Shown here piece by piece: positions 24,591 through 36,122 of a stretch of 64,000 bases of DNA. Both the position numbers and the translations under genes were made by a program. The notes beneath the pieces are model-generated. The model was not told the origin of the DNA, did not search any database, and worked only from the letters and a program-made list of their open reading frames with translations. Each line of letters starts with the position of its first letter. Within the stretch, counting starts at the first letter, position 1. This stretch comes from Bispira polyomma (taxonomy: Eukaryota): the NCBI GenBank assembly GCA_965649765.1, contig OZ287748.1, positions 104,842,001 through 104,906,000 on the forward strand. Direction: 5' to 3'.

Positions 24591-25135
24591 GTGTAAATGT
24601 TATAAATCTTTAGTCTAAATAGGATACTAGTGTTGATGTTGGAAATTCGGTTGGGGCTGACATAACCTCATACTGTTACCTTATTTTACAACACTAGGCT
24701 TTGGTAGGTTGTGGCTTGGTAGTCATTACTCTTGCATGTGTGACGGACAACCAAATGTGTAACTGTAACTGTTTGGGGTGTGATGGACAACCTTGTACGG
24801 ACAAAGAATGAGTAGTGCTGGTGCTTAACACGTGGGTGGTTAGACACGCAGGCAGACTCTGTAACACAAAGTGTTGGTTGCTTGGTGGTCAGAAATAAAT
24901 ACTGGGCAGTATATGCTATGGTAGGCCCAATAGTATTTGTGTTTTTAGTAGGGTGTTTTAGTAGGGTGGGTGCCTCGTCACCAATTTTTTGTGACAAAAT
25001 ATTATGCGCAGTCAGCTACAAAGGGCTGCCAAAAACATTGCCTATTGCTTCAAGTGTGACGACCGACACTGTAGACCTGTGGGGGTGAACTGTCCGTTCT
25101 CCCTGAATTTACCTGAGGAGCTGTCAGAGCACGTT

Positions 25136-26151
25136 ATGGCTGAGGTGAACTCCCCCCCCCCCCCCCCCCCGTCATGATGACTATCAGATCCCACCTGGGC
25201 AGAAGTCACCTGCACAAGACGAGACGCCGGAAGCAGCCTCTGATGTAACCCAGGCACCTGTGACGGACAAGCTGGATGCCATTATGCTACATTTGCGTAA
25301 GTTGGACGACCAGTTGCAACAAGTAAAAGGCGATAGACTGAAAGACGTACAAATGTTTAAATTAGCCTGTGTTAATACTGATACTCAGAAAGTAACTTCC
25401 CCAGTGAGATCCCCTTCGCGTACTGGCTATGTGCCAATGTCTGACACTGACTGGGCAAAAGAGGTTGAGAAAGCTAGGCAAGCCCCAGATCCTGAGCTAG
25501 ATGACATCGAGAAACTTGTAGTGCCCTCTACTACTTTCTTAAAGAATAATATATAGTTACAGAGGGGTGTGGATTCCCACCTCACGGCCTTGGACGAAAC
25601 ACACGGAACAGAACTTCAAGGTAGAAAATTAAGATCAGGTTTATTTCGAAATGGTGATAATCATGTCAAAGTTGATATCACGTGACCTCATGAGTACTGT
25701 TTTAGCAATGACAGGTCGAATATAGCTTACGATGATCTTACCGGGATTCAATTCAGCCAGGGTTTCATTGGTTGCGTGTTAGAGCAAAGTAATCCAAAAA
25801 TCAGACAAAACATTATTAGAAATGGAAAGGGGTAAATTGACGTGGGCAAAATTTGAGGCTATTAATCGACTCAGGGCTCGATACACCCAACACACTATTC
25901 ACCCACCACAGCAAAATAGCAAAAAATCAGGTCAAACTAAACCCCCGGCTACTTGTCGTTTCTTTAATAGGGGACACTGTAATCATGACAGTGATCATGT
26001 CGATGAAAATGTTCTTCAAAAACATGCTTGTTCTTATTGCTACAAAACTGTCAAACGCTTTGTCACTTCTCATGGAGAGTCCATGTGTTTCAAAAAACAA
26101 AGTCAGGGTTTAAAAAACTCGGGCAGTGGCAGAAGTGCCCTCGTGCCCTAA
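25136..26151 (+). pseudogene. gag-like ORF1 of YR retrotransposon
   Basis: Coiled-coil N-terminus, then LQGRKLRSG...(W>stop)PHEY...YDDLT..QF..GF and a Cys/His finger CRFFNRGHC...H...HACSYC...H...C. Contains stops and a deletion. Confidence 0.75.
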
Positions 26152-26692
26152 AGGGGCTCAGGAGGATGTTTATTGTAAGATAGACAATACATCTCCCATA
26201 CGTGTGCATAGGGGCAGTATCCCATTGACACGGGACCATAACATGCCCAGTTTGCAACTTCCCCAGTACACCCCTTCTGCCATAACGTCCCCCCTTTACC
26301 TGCCAAAAAATTCACGTGTTCAAGATTTATCCTTGCATCAATCTGAAGAAGTCAAAATTTGCAGAGTACTGGAATCTATCAAGACAATAATTTTAAATGT
26401 ACTAAAATGGCGCAACAATGTTCTATTTCAAAGGCTGAAGGGGCAGGGGAATCATGTGATCATTTGCACGTACTCGTGTCTGATTTTGACAATTGTGAGG
26501 TAAAACAGAATAACACGTGTTTAGACCAGTATAGCTCATATAGTTTGGTGATAAACAATGTGGCCATGCCACAAGAGGGTGACTCTCTTTTTAACCCAGG
26601 TCAATATTTAATCTAGCAATAGGCGACAGTTTTATCAAGGGGACCTTGGGATTTTAAAAGGGGATAGGGAAATCACTACTTGTGTCACTAAT

Positions 26693-28130
26693 ATGGCAAA
26701 AAATGGCCCTAATGAAAAGTTAGCCAATACTGAGTCTGCACCTGTTATGGATGTTCCTTCTATTGAAAATGACGTTATAACAGCAGAATGTCTGTTGGAT
26801 AAAATCACTACTTCTAGTGATACTCGAGTGGGGCAGAATAATGCTACTTTGGGTAATACCAGTCAGGGGTTTGGCTTCATGCATGAATGCATTCCCATAT
26901 ATGTATTACAAGACAAGTCGTCTGTGTTGGAAGCAGAATCTTTTAACTCCTGGGTCACTGAGGCATATCGTGTGGTTCACAACACGGGGGTGGCCAACTA
27001 TAAGGGTGCTAGGTTATTAGTAAATACTGACCTTAACCTTGCACTATGGTTTCAGCTCCTTAAGGACTATCGTGACCCAATGCTTTTTGGTTATCTGCTG
27101 TTTGGGTTTCCTCTATGTGTGGACTATACTTCTTTCAAGTATAATACTGATTGTAAGAATCACACTGGGGCCACTCAGTTTCCAAAAGACGTTGATATAT
27201 ATTTTGACAAGGAACTAAAACATAAATCAATGGCTGGCCCTTATGAAGTGGCTCCAATATCGCCCTTGCATTTATCTCCACCTTTGTCGCGTCCTAAACC
27301 TGGGGATTCGCGCAGAATTATTGTTAATTTGTCACATCCTGTTGATGACTCAGTAAATAGTAATGTTTTGGACGACCAATATGATGGTTATAACTTTAAA
27401 CTTACTTATCTAACTATTGACCACATTGTGGATGAAATTGCTAGAGTTGGCCAATCAGCCCGTCTCTTTAAAATCGACGTAAGTCGCGCATTTCATAACT
27501 TACGCATCGACCCTTTCGACTATGGCGTCATGGGGCTGTGTTGGAGAGACAAGTTTTTTATTAACGCCAGTATTGCGTTTGGTTATAAACACTGTAGTGC
27601 CCAGATGCAAAGGCTCGGGGACTTTGTGCGTCACATCATGTCTACCAAACACGGTTTTTCCTTATATCGATGACATCATTAGCGTCCAGCATGAGGACAC
27701 GGCTGCTCGGGCTTATCAAACCCTCAAAGCTTTAATTGAAAATTTAGGCCTGCCTATTAATTTGAAGAAATTGGCTAAGCCACAATGCGAGGTGACCTGG
27801 CTGGGCATCTTGATCAACACTAAAACGGGCACTCTAAGAATTCCCAATGACAAATTATGTGAGATTCGAGGCATTTGCACTGAATGGTTTGACAAAACTA
27901 CTGCTTCAAAACGTGATTTGCAGTCTTTATTTGGGAGGCTGCTTTACATTCATAGGTGTGTTCGTCCTGCTAATCGCATGCAAGGTGTCCTGTTAATCGC
28001 ATGCAAGGTGTTTTGCGCTGTGCTACCTATAAAACTCACATTAAATTGGACGACCAATTTACGAAAGACGTTGCCTGGTTCAATCAGTTTCTTACAAAGT
28101 TTAATGGGGTCGTTATGCTCTTCCCCAGGA
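26693..28130 (+). pseudogene. DIRS-type reverse transcriptase
   Basis: LLFGFP, NH.GA, GPY, RRIIVNLS, LFKIDVSRAF and AFG, then after a frameshift YIDD, WLGILIN and LQSLFGRL. Confidence 0.92.
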
Positions 28131-28149
28131 ATTCCACCAAATATATACA

Positions 28150-28503
28150 ATAGTACATTATGGGATGATAAACATTTATGTCATGCTGGGTGTATGGGGA
28201 CGTTATTTGAGGAACAAGCTTATTCGTGTGTACTGTGATAACGAAGCCATGGTTCATGTATTGACCTATGGACGTACTAAAGATCAGTATCTCATGTTAT
28301 TTCCTTGCTCTATTTGGTACCTGACTGCAAGCTGTGACATTCAAATGCAATATTCTCATATTCCAGGTGTCAAAAACAATGAGACTGACTGCCTTAGCAG
28401 GTGGTTTTCTGGCAAAACTAATGAGGAAATTGTAAATAAATTAATTACTTGTAAATGGTTCCAAGTTACACGGGAACATTTTACTCCAAACTATAATATT
28501 TGA
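28150..28503 (+). pseudogene. DIRS-type RNase H (N-terminus deleted)
   Basis: MINIYVMLGVW...VYCDNEAMV...HIPGVKNNETDCLSR. Confidence 0.88.
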
Positions 28504-28509
28504 TTGTAG

Positions 28510-29478
28510 GTATTCCACTGGCCTCTTCACTTTTGTCATCTGCTTGCTCTAGGATCCAAACAGCGCTTAGAAAAAATACTAGAACAGCTTATAATTCTCA
28601 GTTTCGCCTATTCCTGGCTTTAGCAGTATTTCTGCAGGCACCTGACTGTACTAGTTTGTCATACATATTGGCGTTTCTGGAGTATCTCCACCAGACAGGC
28701 CTTAAACAGCCAACAATATTGAATTACATGTCTGTTATCAGGCACTTCTTTGGTTATTATAACATTTCTACTGTGGTTTTAGACCACAAGAAAATTAAAA
28801 TGTTACTCAAATCACTGGCCATTAATTCTCCTTATGCCCCACTTGTTAATGGAGTGATAACAATTTCAATGTTGCAACAAATTGTATGTGCTTGTAATAA
28901 AATGGCTAATGGTTATGTGTTCAAGGCTTTATTCCTGGTGGCGTTCTTTGGGTATGTGCGGCTTTCAAGCCTTGTTTCCTCTACTGCTAAGGATATTAAT
29001 GTAGAATAAATGTAGAATAAATTTCCATAAGGTGAAATTGGGTATGCAGGTCACCCTGCCTAGAACTAAGACCCACCAGGTCTATAACCAGAACCACAAA
29101 TTCTGTTTGCCCTTGATCCCCTCATCTACTTTGTGTCCGGTTACTGCAGTCATGAATATGTTTCGGTTAGTGCCTGCTACACCACAAACATTGTGGTTTG
29201 TTTTACCAGCAAAACAATTTTTCACTCCCCTATTGGCTTCTAAAGTACGACAAACTTTAGCTAGGATTATTGCCACCTTGGGCTCTAACCCTTCCCATTT
29301 TACTTTCCACTCTTTCAGACGTAGTGGAGCTACTTTTTCCTTCAATAATAATGTAGCATTTGAGAACATTCGTATTCATGGCAGTTGGAAAAGTGATGCC
29401 ATATTTTCCTATCTTCAAAATTCTAAAGCAGCTCCCAAGGTGGCTCAATCCTTTCAAACACTTCTTCAAAATACATAA
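28510..29478 (+). pseudogene. Tyrosine recombinase (copy 1)
   Basis: N-terminal SAM-like domain, then catalytic motifs GYVR, TKT, FHSFRRSGA, HGSWKSD and FSY. One lesion at ~29000-29030. Confidence 0.93.
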
Positions 29479-29974
29479 TCCTATTTACTACTTTATAACT
29501 TTGGGTTTGGGGTCAGCCCCTTTTATTCATATCGTGTTTAGATTGCTGTGTAACACTACTAAAACATACTAATATGTGTCTAGAAATTGTTGATATGAAT
29601 AAATGGCCCAAAAGTATATATATTTTATTGTTATTGTGTTTAGCCATTCTAGTGATACTATTTAACTTGTTTCATTTATTGGCACATACTTTATCATACC
29701 TTTGGTCTTGCTTTGGGATTTGAACTGAAAACTGACCAAGATTCCAGTAAAGGTTTATGCAAATTGGTTAAACGTTTATTACAGTATGCTTGATGAAGTT
29801 TATTATTAATCAAAAAACTTAAAATATTTAAACACATACCATATTAGCGGTTTCAACTTACTCTCTTGAGTGCTGTCAGCAAAAATATGATGCAAATGTG
29901 CAGTTTGTGTTGTTTGATGTTGGGTTTAACTAACTGTAGTGTTTTAAATAAACTTGTGTGACTGTTTTGTTACG

Positions 29975-30655
29975 TGTGTGTTATTAAAGGTGCTTTTTTA
30001 CATGTGTATTATTGAGGTGCTTTATTACAGGTGTTTTATTAAAGGTGTTTTATTACAGATGCTTTGCTACAGGTGTTTTATTACAGGTGCTTTGCTAAAG
30101 GTGTTTTATTACAGGTGTTTTATTGCAGGTGCTTTGTTACAGGCGTTTTATTACAGGTGTTTTATTACAGGTATTTTATTACAGGTGGTTTATTACAGGT
30201 GCTTTGTTACAGGTGTTTTTATTAAAGGTGTTTTATTACAGGTGCTTTATTACATGTTGTTTATTACAGGTGTTTTATTGCAGGTGTTTTATTACAGGTA
30301 TTTTATTACAAGTGGTTTATTACAGGTGTTCTAACACATGGGCTTTGTTACAGGTGTTTTATTACAGGTGTGTTATTATAGGTGTTTTATTACAGGTGTT
30401 TTTAATACAGATGCTTTGTTGCAGGTGTTTTATTACAGGTGCTTTGTTACAGGTGTTTTATTAAAGGTGTGTAATTACAGATGCTTTATTACAAGTGCTT
30501 TATTACAGGTGTTTTATTACAAGTGCTTTATTGTAGATGTTTTATTACAGGTGTTTTGTTAAAAGTGCTTTATTGCAGATGATTTATTACAGCTGCTTCA
30601 TTACAGCTGTTTTATTACAGGTGTAGTCATATTTTATTACAAGTGTAGTAGGGTT
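29975..30655. repeat. Tandem array, ~14-bp unit (TTATTACAGGTGTT)
   Basis: Directly visible, roughly 45 degenerate units. Confidence 0.95.
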
Positions 30656-30949
30656 TTATATCAGTTTTTTACTCTTATCTAAGGTTATTCTGTTACATAT
30701 CTGTTAAGTAATTGTTAATGTATGTGTAGTAGATGGACAACAATTCTTTTAATGAATAAAGCAATGTCGAGTTACGGTCTTTTCATATATTTATGTTACG
30801 TGCACTCAAAATCAATTTGGCTTGCATGTACGTGAGAGATTTATAAAATGCAATAATAACAAACTTAAAACTGCCACAGTATTATGAGGTTGTATTACTT
30901 TACTTCAATTAAGTAATTTAATGAGTTAATGTGCAAACTTCTTTCCACG

Positions 30950-32500
30950 AATACAACTGTCACCGCTCATTTTGGGAAGCTGTCTTCGATCAAGTCTGGC
31001 AATGGGGCCAGGGACTTGATGGACTGTGACAACTACATCTCAAGGAAGTTAAGCTTCCAGGGTAAACATATTGCCCACATGCTCAGCAAGCCGTCTTGTA
31101 ATGTACAGTACAGATTGTAGAGAGCCACAAATTGATGCAAACTTTGAGGGAGGGCAATAAGGGCACAAGAAAGGCCTTTAAGAGGATGAACAAGGTTACC
31201 AGCTGAGAATCCTACAATGCAACATCCATAGGTCTGCATGGACCAGATTCACCCAAGTATCTGGAAAAAGTTTACCGACCAGACGTATGAACTGGTGAGC
31301 TATTTCATGGAACAGTAAACCAACATCCGTGAGCAGGAGAAGCAGCAGCAAATGACACTACAGTTCCTGCCCTTGTCCCAGTCCCAGTCCCAGGGTTTTC
31401 CCAGGTTTTACTAGGCAATACTGGGTAATACTGGACAATACATATATGACCCAAAAAAATATGTATGTAAACTTTAATACTTCACCATGCATTAAGTGAT
31501 TGTTGTGGTTCCTACACTATTGAAAAAACAAACAAATTTAGAATAATTTTAGAATGAAGCAAAATTTATGCAATTTCAGATGTATGCTTTAAAGCATTGT
31601 CTAGCTCATACAATAAAACCTTACAAATTGACACACAAACAAAATAGGCATTTTCAAATAATATTTCATAAAAGTTTGTTTTTTTTTGTTCTACGCTGTA
31701 TGGTCATATTAACTGCAATTTACTTGACTGGCTAATCCCTTCTGTCACAGGATACATTTTACTTGACATTTTATGGATTATACTATGTCACATTAGAGAC
31801 ATTCCTACTTCAGTACTGTGGCTTCTTAGCTCTTAACTATTTAAATATGGTGCTTGTCACTGTGCCATTTATTGTGATATTTTAACACTTGTGCTCTATA
31901 TAAAGAGATAGAATCTTAAACCTTTAGTATTTTCCATAAATTGCTGAATAGTTACAATTTGTGGGGAAGAAAACTGTGTAAAATTGCTTTCTAAAGTTGG
32001 AGGCAATGGGATATATGTTTACTATTATAGTATTATTGCATGTGAATCTACAAAAAGAAATATGAATAATAATAGTAATTTTGACGGTCTTTTTTAAATA
32101 AAAAATTGCATTGCCCACATTTCCCAGTATTACCTAACTTTTGGAGTATTACCCACCCTTTTGGAGCATTGCCTACTTTTGGAAGTATTGCCCGCTAAGG
32201 GGTATTGCCCAGTATGGGTTAACCCAGGTTTTTTCTGGGCGGCTAATACCAGAGCGAGTTATTCATCTCAACCCTGGCAGTCACAGGGTACTTCCTACAC
32301 ATCAGGAACACAGGTGCTGCTACAGCATCCTCAGCAGGGCATTCACTATTCAGTCCAGATTATGCAGTCTGACACATCCCCACATGCCTCGTACCACCTC
32401 AATCAGGAGCCCGGTACCTCTAAGCATACCACTGTGCCTGTGTGGCCAGCACAGCAACCTACAACCTAATCCGTGTGCACTGGTGCAGCCACAGTGGTAG
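30950..32500 (+). pseudogene. Harbinger Myb/MADF-like gene remnant interrupted by a MITE
   Basis: FGKLSSIKSGNGARDL...YISRKLSF..KHI resembles the RFG..SGQGA..W..FL..HI segment at 22150-22290. A Q-rich tail continues either side of 31391-32276. Confidence 0.55.
31391..32276. mobile_element. Non-autonomous hAT-like element/MITE
   Basis: Termini CAGGGTT...AACCCTG with inverted subterminal GG(C/T)AATAC / GTATT(A/G)CCC repeats. Only a degenerate TSD (CAGTC core) is visible. Confidence 0.6.
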
Positions 32501-32779
32501 AGACAGATAATCAAGTTTATTCAATGTGATCATCGCGACTGACTCCATCTTCGGTTTCTCTAACATGGGAAACATTAGTAACATATCAGGTATTGTGGTC
32601 CATGAAACTGAAAACTATGACTATAAGGATTGTTATTATATATATGAAAGTATTATAAGTTTGTGCTATATATCTTGGATTGTTGTTTTTCGCATGTTTT
32701 AATTTTATTACATGAATTTCCTTTGATATGTATATGCCTCAGATGATTTAGGTATCGATCTAAGAATACATACATGTCA

Positions 32780-33297
32780 GTGATAAGATGTTACTACTAA
32801 GATGTATATACCTTAGAGGATGCATACACCTGCCACACCTTAACCTCTAACTTTAACTTTAAAATAAGGTTGTATACCGGACATGAATAAAATGTCACTG
32901 ATAGGATGTATACACCTTAAAGGATACACACCTTGACCTCTAACTTTAACTTTGAATTTTTTAATATATTTAACTCCACTCTAGTACCTTTTAGTAGGTT
33001 ATATTGGGACGGATAGTTGGAACGCTGGAGGAAACACTGTATACAGTTAATCAAGGTTCTACACTGAAACCAGTGGCCCACAGTAAGGAACTACCACCTT
33101 TCCCACATAGACATCTACGGGAGGCAAACTCACGACCATTCAATCTCCAGAGGTGAGAGATCAGTGATTGTGAAGCGCACTGCTTGCTAACCACTAGACC
33201 ACCGCAGCCCCTAACTTTGAGTTTCAACTAAGAATGTCAGTGATAAGATGTAACTGATATGATGTATATGCTTTAGAGGATACACACCTTGATCTCT
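32780..33297. repeat. Three ~90-bp tandem units (GATGTATA.ACCTTAGAGGATACACACCTTGACCTCTAACTTT) with a SINE inserted
   Basis: Units at ~32777, ~32892 and ~33233. Confidence 0.65.
32956..33210 (-). mobile_element. tRNA-derived SINE, more diverged copy
   Basis: Reverse complement of the same family (GGGGCTGCGGTGGTCTAGTGGTTAGC...). Possible TSD TAACTTTGA (32947-32955, 33212-33220). Confidence 0.9.
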
Positions 33298-33989
33298 CAC
33301 TGAAATTCTGGCTCTATATCTTCAACGTTGCAACATTTGGTATAATTTTGATGTGTTGATCTTGTGCCTGGCTCCAACTTTATATAAGTGTACAATTTTG
33401 ATATGTAGACCTTGTGTTGAGTTGACCTTGTGTTCAAATTGTGTTGTGTTTTGTGTTCAAGTTGTGTTTGTGTTTGTAATAACCGAATATAAACAACTAA
33501 ATATAGTAATAAAAATTTCTTCACTGTAATAATAACAAAGATAAAACTGAATAAACTAGTGTCTATATCATTCAGTCCTACCAGGGTGCAGCCCCTTGTG
33601 GTGAGTTGTAGTACTGTTTTAGGTACTCCCTCTGTTGCTTACCAGTACTGCTTGCACAATTTCCCCTTGGTGCGTTCAGTAAATCTGCCATGAGTAGTCC
33701 ATCCCTCTAGGCCCCAGGTATAACACTGTGTTAGTCGTCTTCAGCATCAGGGAGGCCATCGTGGACTGTAGGGTACCTCATCTGCATGAAATTATGCTAT
33801 ACCACACAAGCTTGGCAAAATGTTCGAGACACCTCTCAACCAGTCTTAACTTTAAGACAGAATGTGAGACTAAATTTAGTCTCAATTCTTCTGTGAATAC
33901 CTACACTGTCTGAGACTGTCGTTTGTTTCAACCTTGAGACCTTGAGTTTCTGAAGAACATGTGGCTTTCTAATATTGTGTGTTCAATTC

Positions 33990-35560
33990 TTGCGCATGTC
34001 GACGGATAGGTGAGCATTGATTTTATATGGACAAAAATACACACAATAGCTCTTGATAGGCTTAGCTCTAACTACCTCCAAGAAACTCGGCACAACTCCT
34101 GTCAAAATCACGTCACCTCTGGAGAACACTTTTTGACTCCTGAAAAGTTCGTTATAAAACTCTGCTGGTAAAGTCACAGACAGCACGACCTTGATTGGTT
34201 TATTTAATTTTTACATGTTTATAATGGTATCACATATTATAATCCTAAGGATATTGATTTTTCACATGAGCTACAGCAGACGCACGCAGAGAAGTGCCTA
34301 TACATTACCATAACTTAGATTGTAAAATATGATTACAGATTCCACAGTAGCATCATCGTCTCTGGGGGATGCTGCCATTTAAAGATTTCACACAGCACTT
34401 AGACCTTCCACTACTGCAGCCTACACTACACAGTTTAGAACTTTCTTATTATTCCTGCAGAACGTTAACATGTGTGACATTTCAGTGCACTCAATTTTAG
34501 CATTCTTGGAGTATCTTACTCAGAACGGACTATCTCCAGAAGTGATTAAGAACCATCTGTCTGCTCTAATGTTTATGACTCAAAAATTCAACATTTTGCC
34601 AGATATTTTTCATCACAATGCTGTTTCACTTTTCATTCGCAGTTTGACTTACAGCTCACATTATAGGCCTGCCCTCAAAGGCGTGTTTTCAATCAAGCAC
34701 TTATCTCTCACCTCCCAGGCCTGTCATACCTTACAGGACCCTCTCCTCTTTAGATCCATTTTCCTTGTGGCCTTTTATGGTTCCCTAAGATCCCCACTCC
34801 AGGGCGAAATTCGACCCTTCCAGGCACATTCTCCGCAAGGACGTTATTTTTGGTCCCCCTGGCGTCCACATAATCATTAAGTGGGCCAAAACATGCCAGA
34901 CAGAACTACTACTCATGTTATACAACTTCCTTTTATTTCAGTCCCTCACTTATGTCCAGTGCAGGCACTTTCCGCACTTATAAATTCTTGGGAGTTCCCT
35001 CCCACTGCCCCTCTGTTTGTGTTTGCCAACAAACCTAACTTCCCTGTAATTTATTCCCACGTCAGATCTACAGTACATTGGAATTGACCCATCATTCCAT
35101 GGATTCTACACTTTCCGCAGATCTGGTGCTACAGCAGTTTCAACAACAATGTTTCTTTTCAAAACATTATGGCCCATGGACTTTTGTGTGGCTCTGCTGT
35201 TTGGTCCTACCTCCAATACACCTCCCAAGCGGGGGCCGCGGTGGCCTAGTGGTTAGCAAGCATTGCGCTTCACAATCACTGGTCTCTCACCTCTGGGTGG
35301 CGTGAGTTTGAATCCCTTCAATGCCTATGTGGGAAAGGTGGTAGTTCCTTACTGTGGGCTGCTGGTTTCAGTGCAGAGCCTTGACCGACTGTATGCAGTG
35401 TTTCCTCCAGCGTTTCCAACTACCCGCCCTAATATAACCTACTAAAAGGTACTAGAGTGGACGTTAAGTATCCAAATTCAAATCCACCTCCCAAGCTGCT
35501 TTCATCATGCCTGGCATTTTCTCCTCCATTGTCCCTTCCTCTATTTAGAACGATTTGGGC
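33990..35560 (+). mobile_element. DIRS-like element remnant 2 (RT trace + tyrosine recombinase from 34339)
   Basis: An RT tail (HDLDWF...YNGITY) is followed by YR: TALRPST..AY..QFR.FL, LAFLEYL, IFLVAFYG, LCPV.AL, GFYTFRRSGA and AHG...WSY. Confidence 0.85.
35231..35484 (+). mobile_element. tRNA-derived SINE inserted in the 3' end of YR copy 2
   Basis: Full length, with a 12-bp TSD CACCTCCCAAGC (35219-35230, 35485-35496). Confidence 0.95.
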
Positions 35561-36122
35561 TTATCTTAAAATCTCGTTTTTTAAGATATTTTAATATACC
35601 TTTTACCTTACCCTGTATATATATAATAACTTATACAGATTAATTACTTCAAACTGTAGCTTAGTCCTTATTTAACCATTTACTATCAACTCCCACCATT
35701 TTGGGAACTGTAATTCTAACCCCAGTGATTCTAACGACGGGGTTTAATACATACACTAAACACTAGAAATGTTGTAAGTTATTGTATACTTCTTTCTGTA
35801 ATATCTGCACAGTGACTCCATAAACACTATATTATTATAATTTCTTATCTAAATTACATCTAACAGTTGTTACATGGGACAGTTTAATTAGCATGTTATA
35901 AAGTAATGACTAATTCTTTTTTTTTTATATTTTTTTTATTTGTCACAGATGTATGCAGTTATACAATATCAAACAATAACTTTACTCACATGGCGAAGTA
36001 TAGCAGAAGTGTATATTCATTTACATGTGTAACATTGATATACACACGTATCTTAAAATATATATACATATTTTTTTCAGGGTATAAATTGAAATTTCTA
36101 CAACATTTTAGTAAATAAATTT

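Larger units (their letters stand above)
24270..29620 (+). mobile_element. DIRS/Ngaro-like tyrosine-recombinase retrotransposon, near full length, decayed
   Basis: Order gag-like, RT, RNase H, YR on one strand, with no integrase or protease. Terminal repeat structure not resolved. Confidence 0.92.

Noticed and set aside
25152-25170. Poly-C tract as a regulatory or G-quadruplex element (also ~1064-1082)
   Set aside because: These are simple homopolymers, prone to slippage and sequencing error, with no supporting context.
28500-29478. Prophage or bacterial integrase (contamination or HGT)
   Set aside because: It directly follows DIRS-type RT/RNase H, the standard layout of eukaryotic YR retrotransposons.
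29954-30562. ORFs with YYRCFITGVLLQVF repeats
   Set aside because: They are translations of the 14-bp satellite and are open in several frames.
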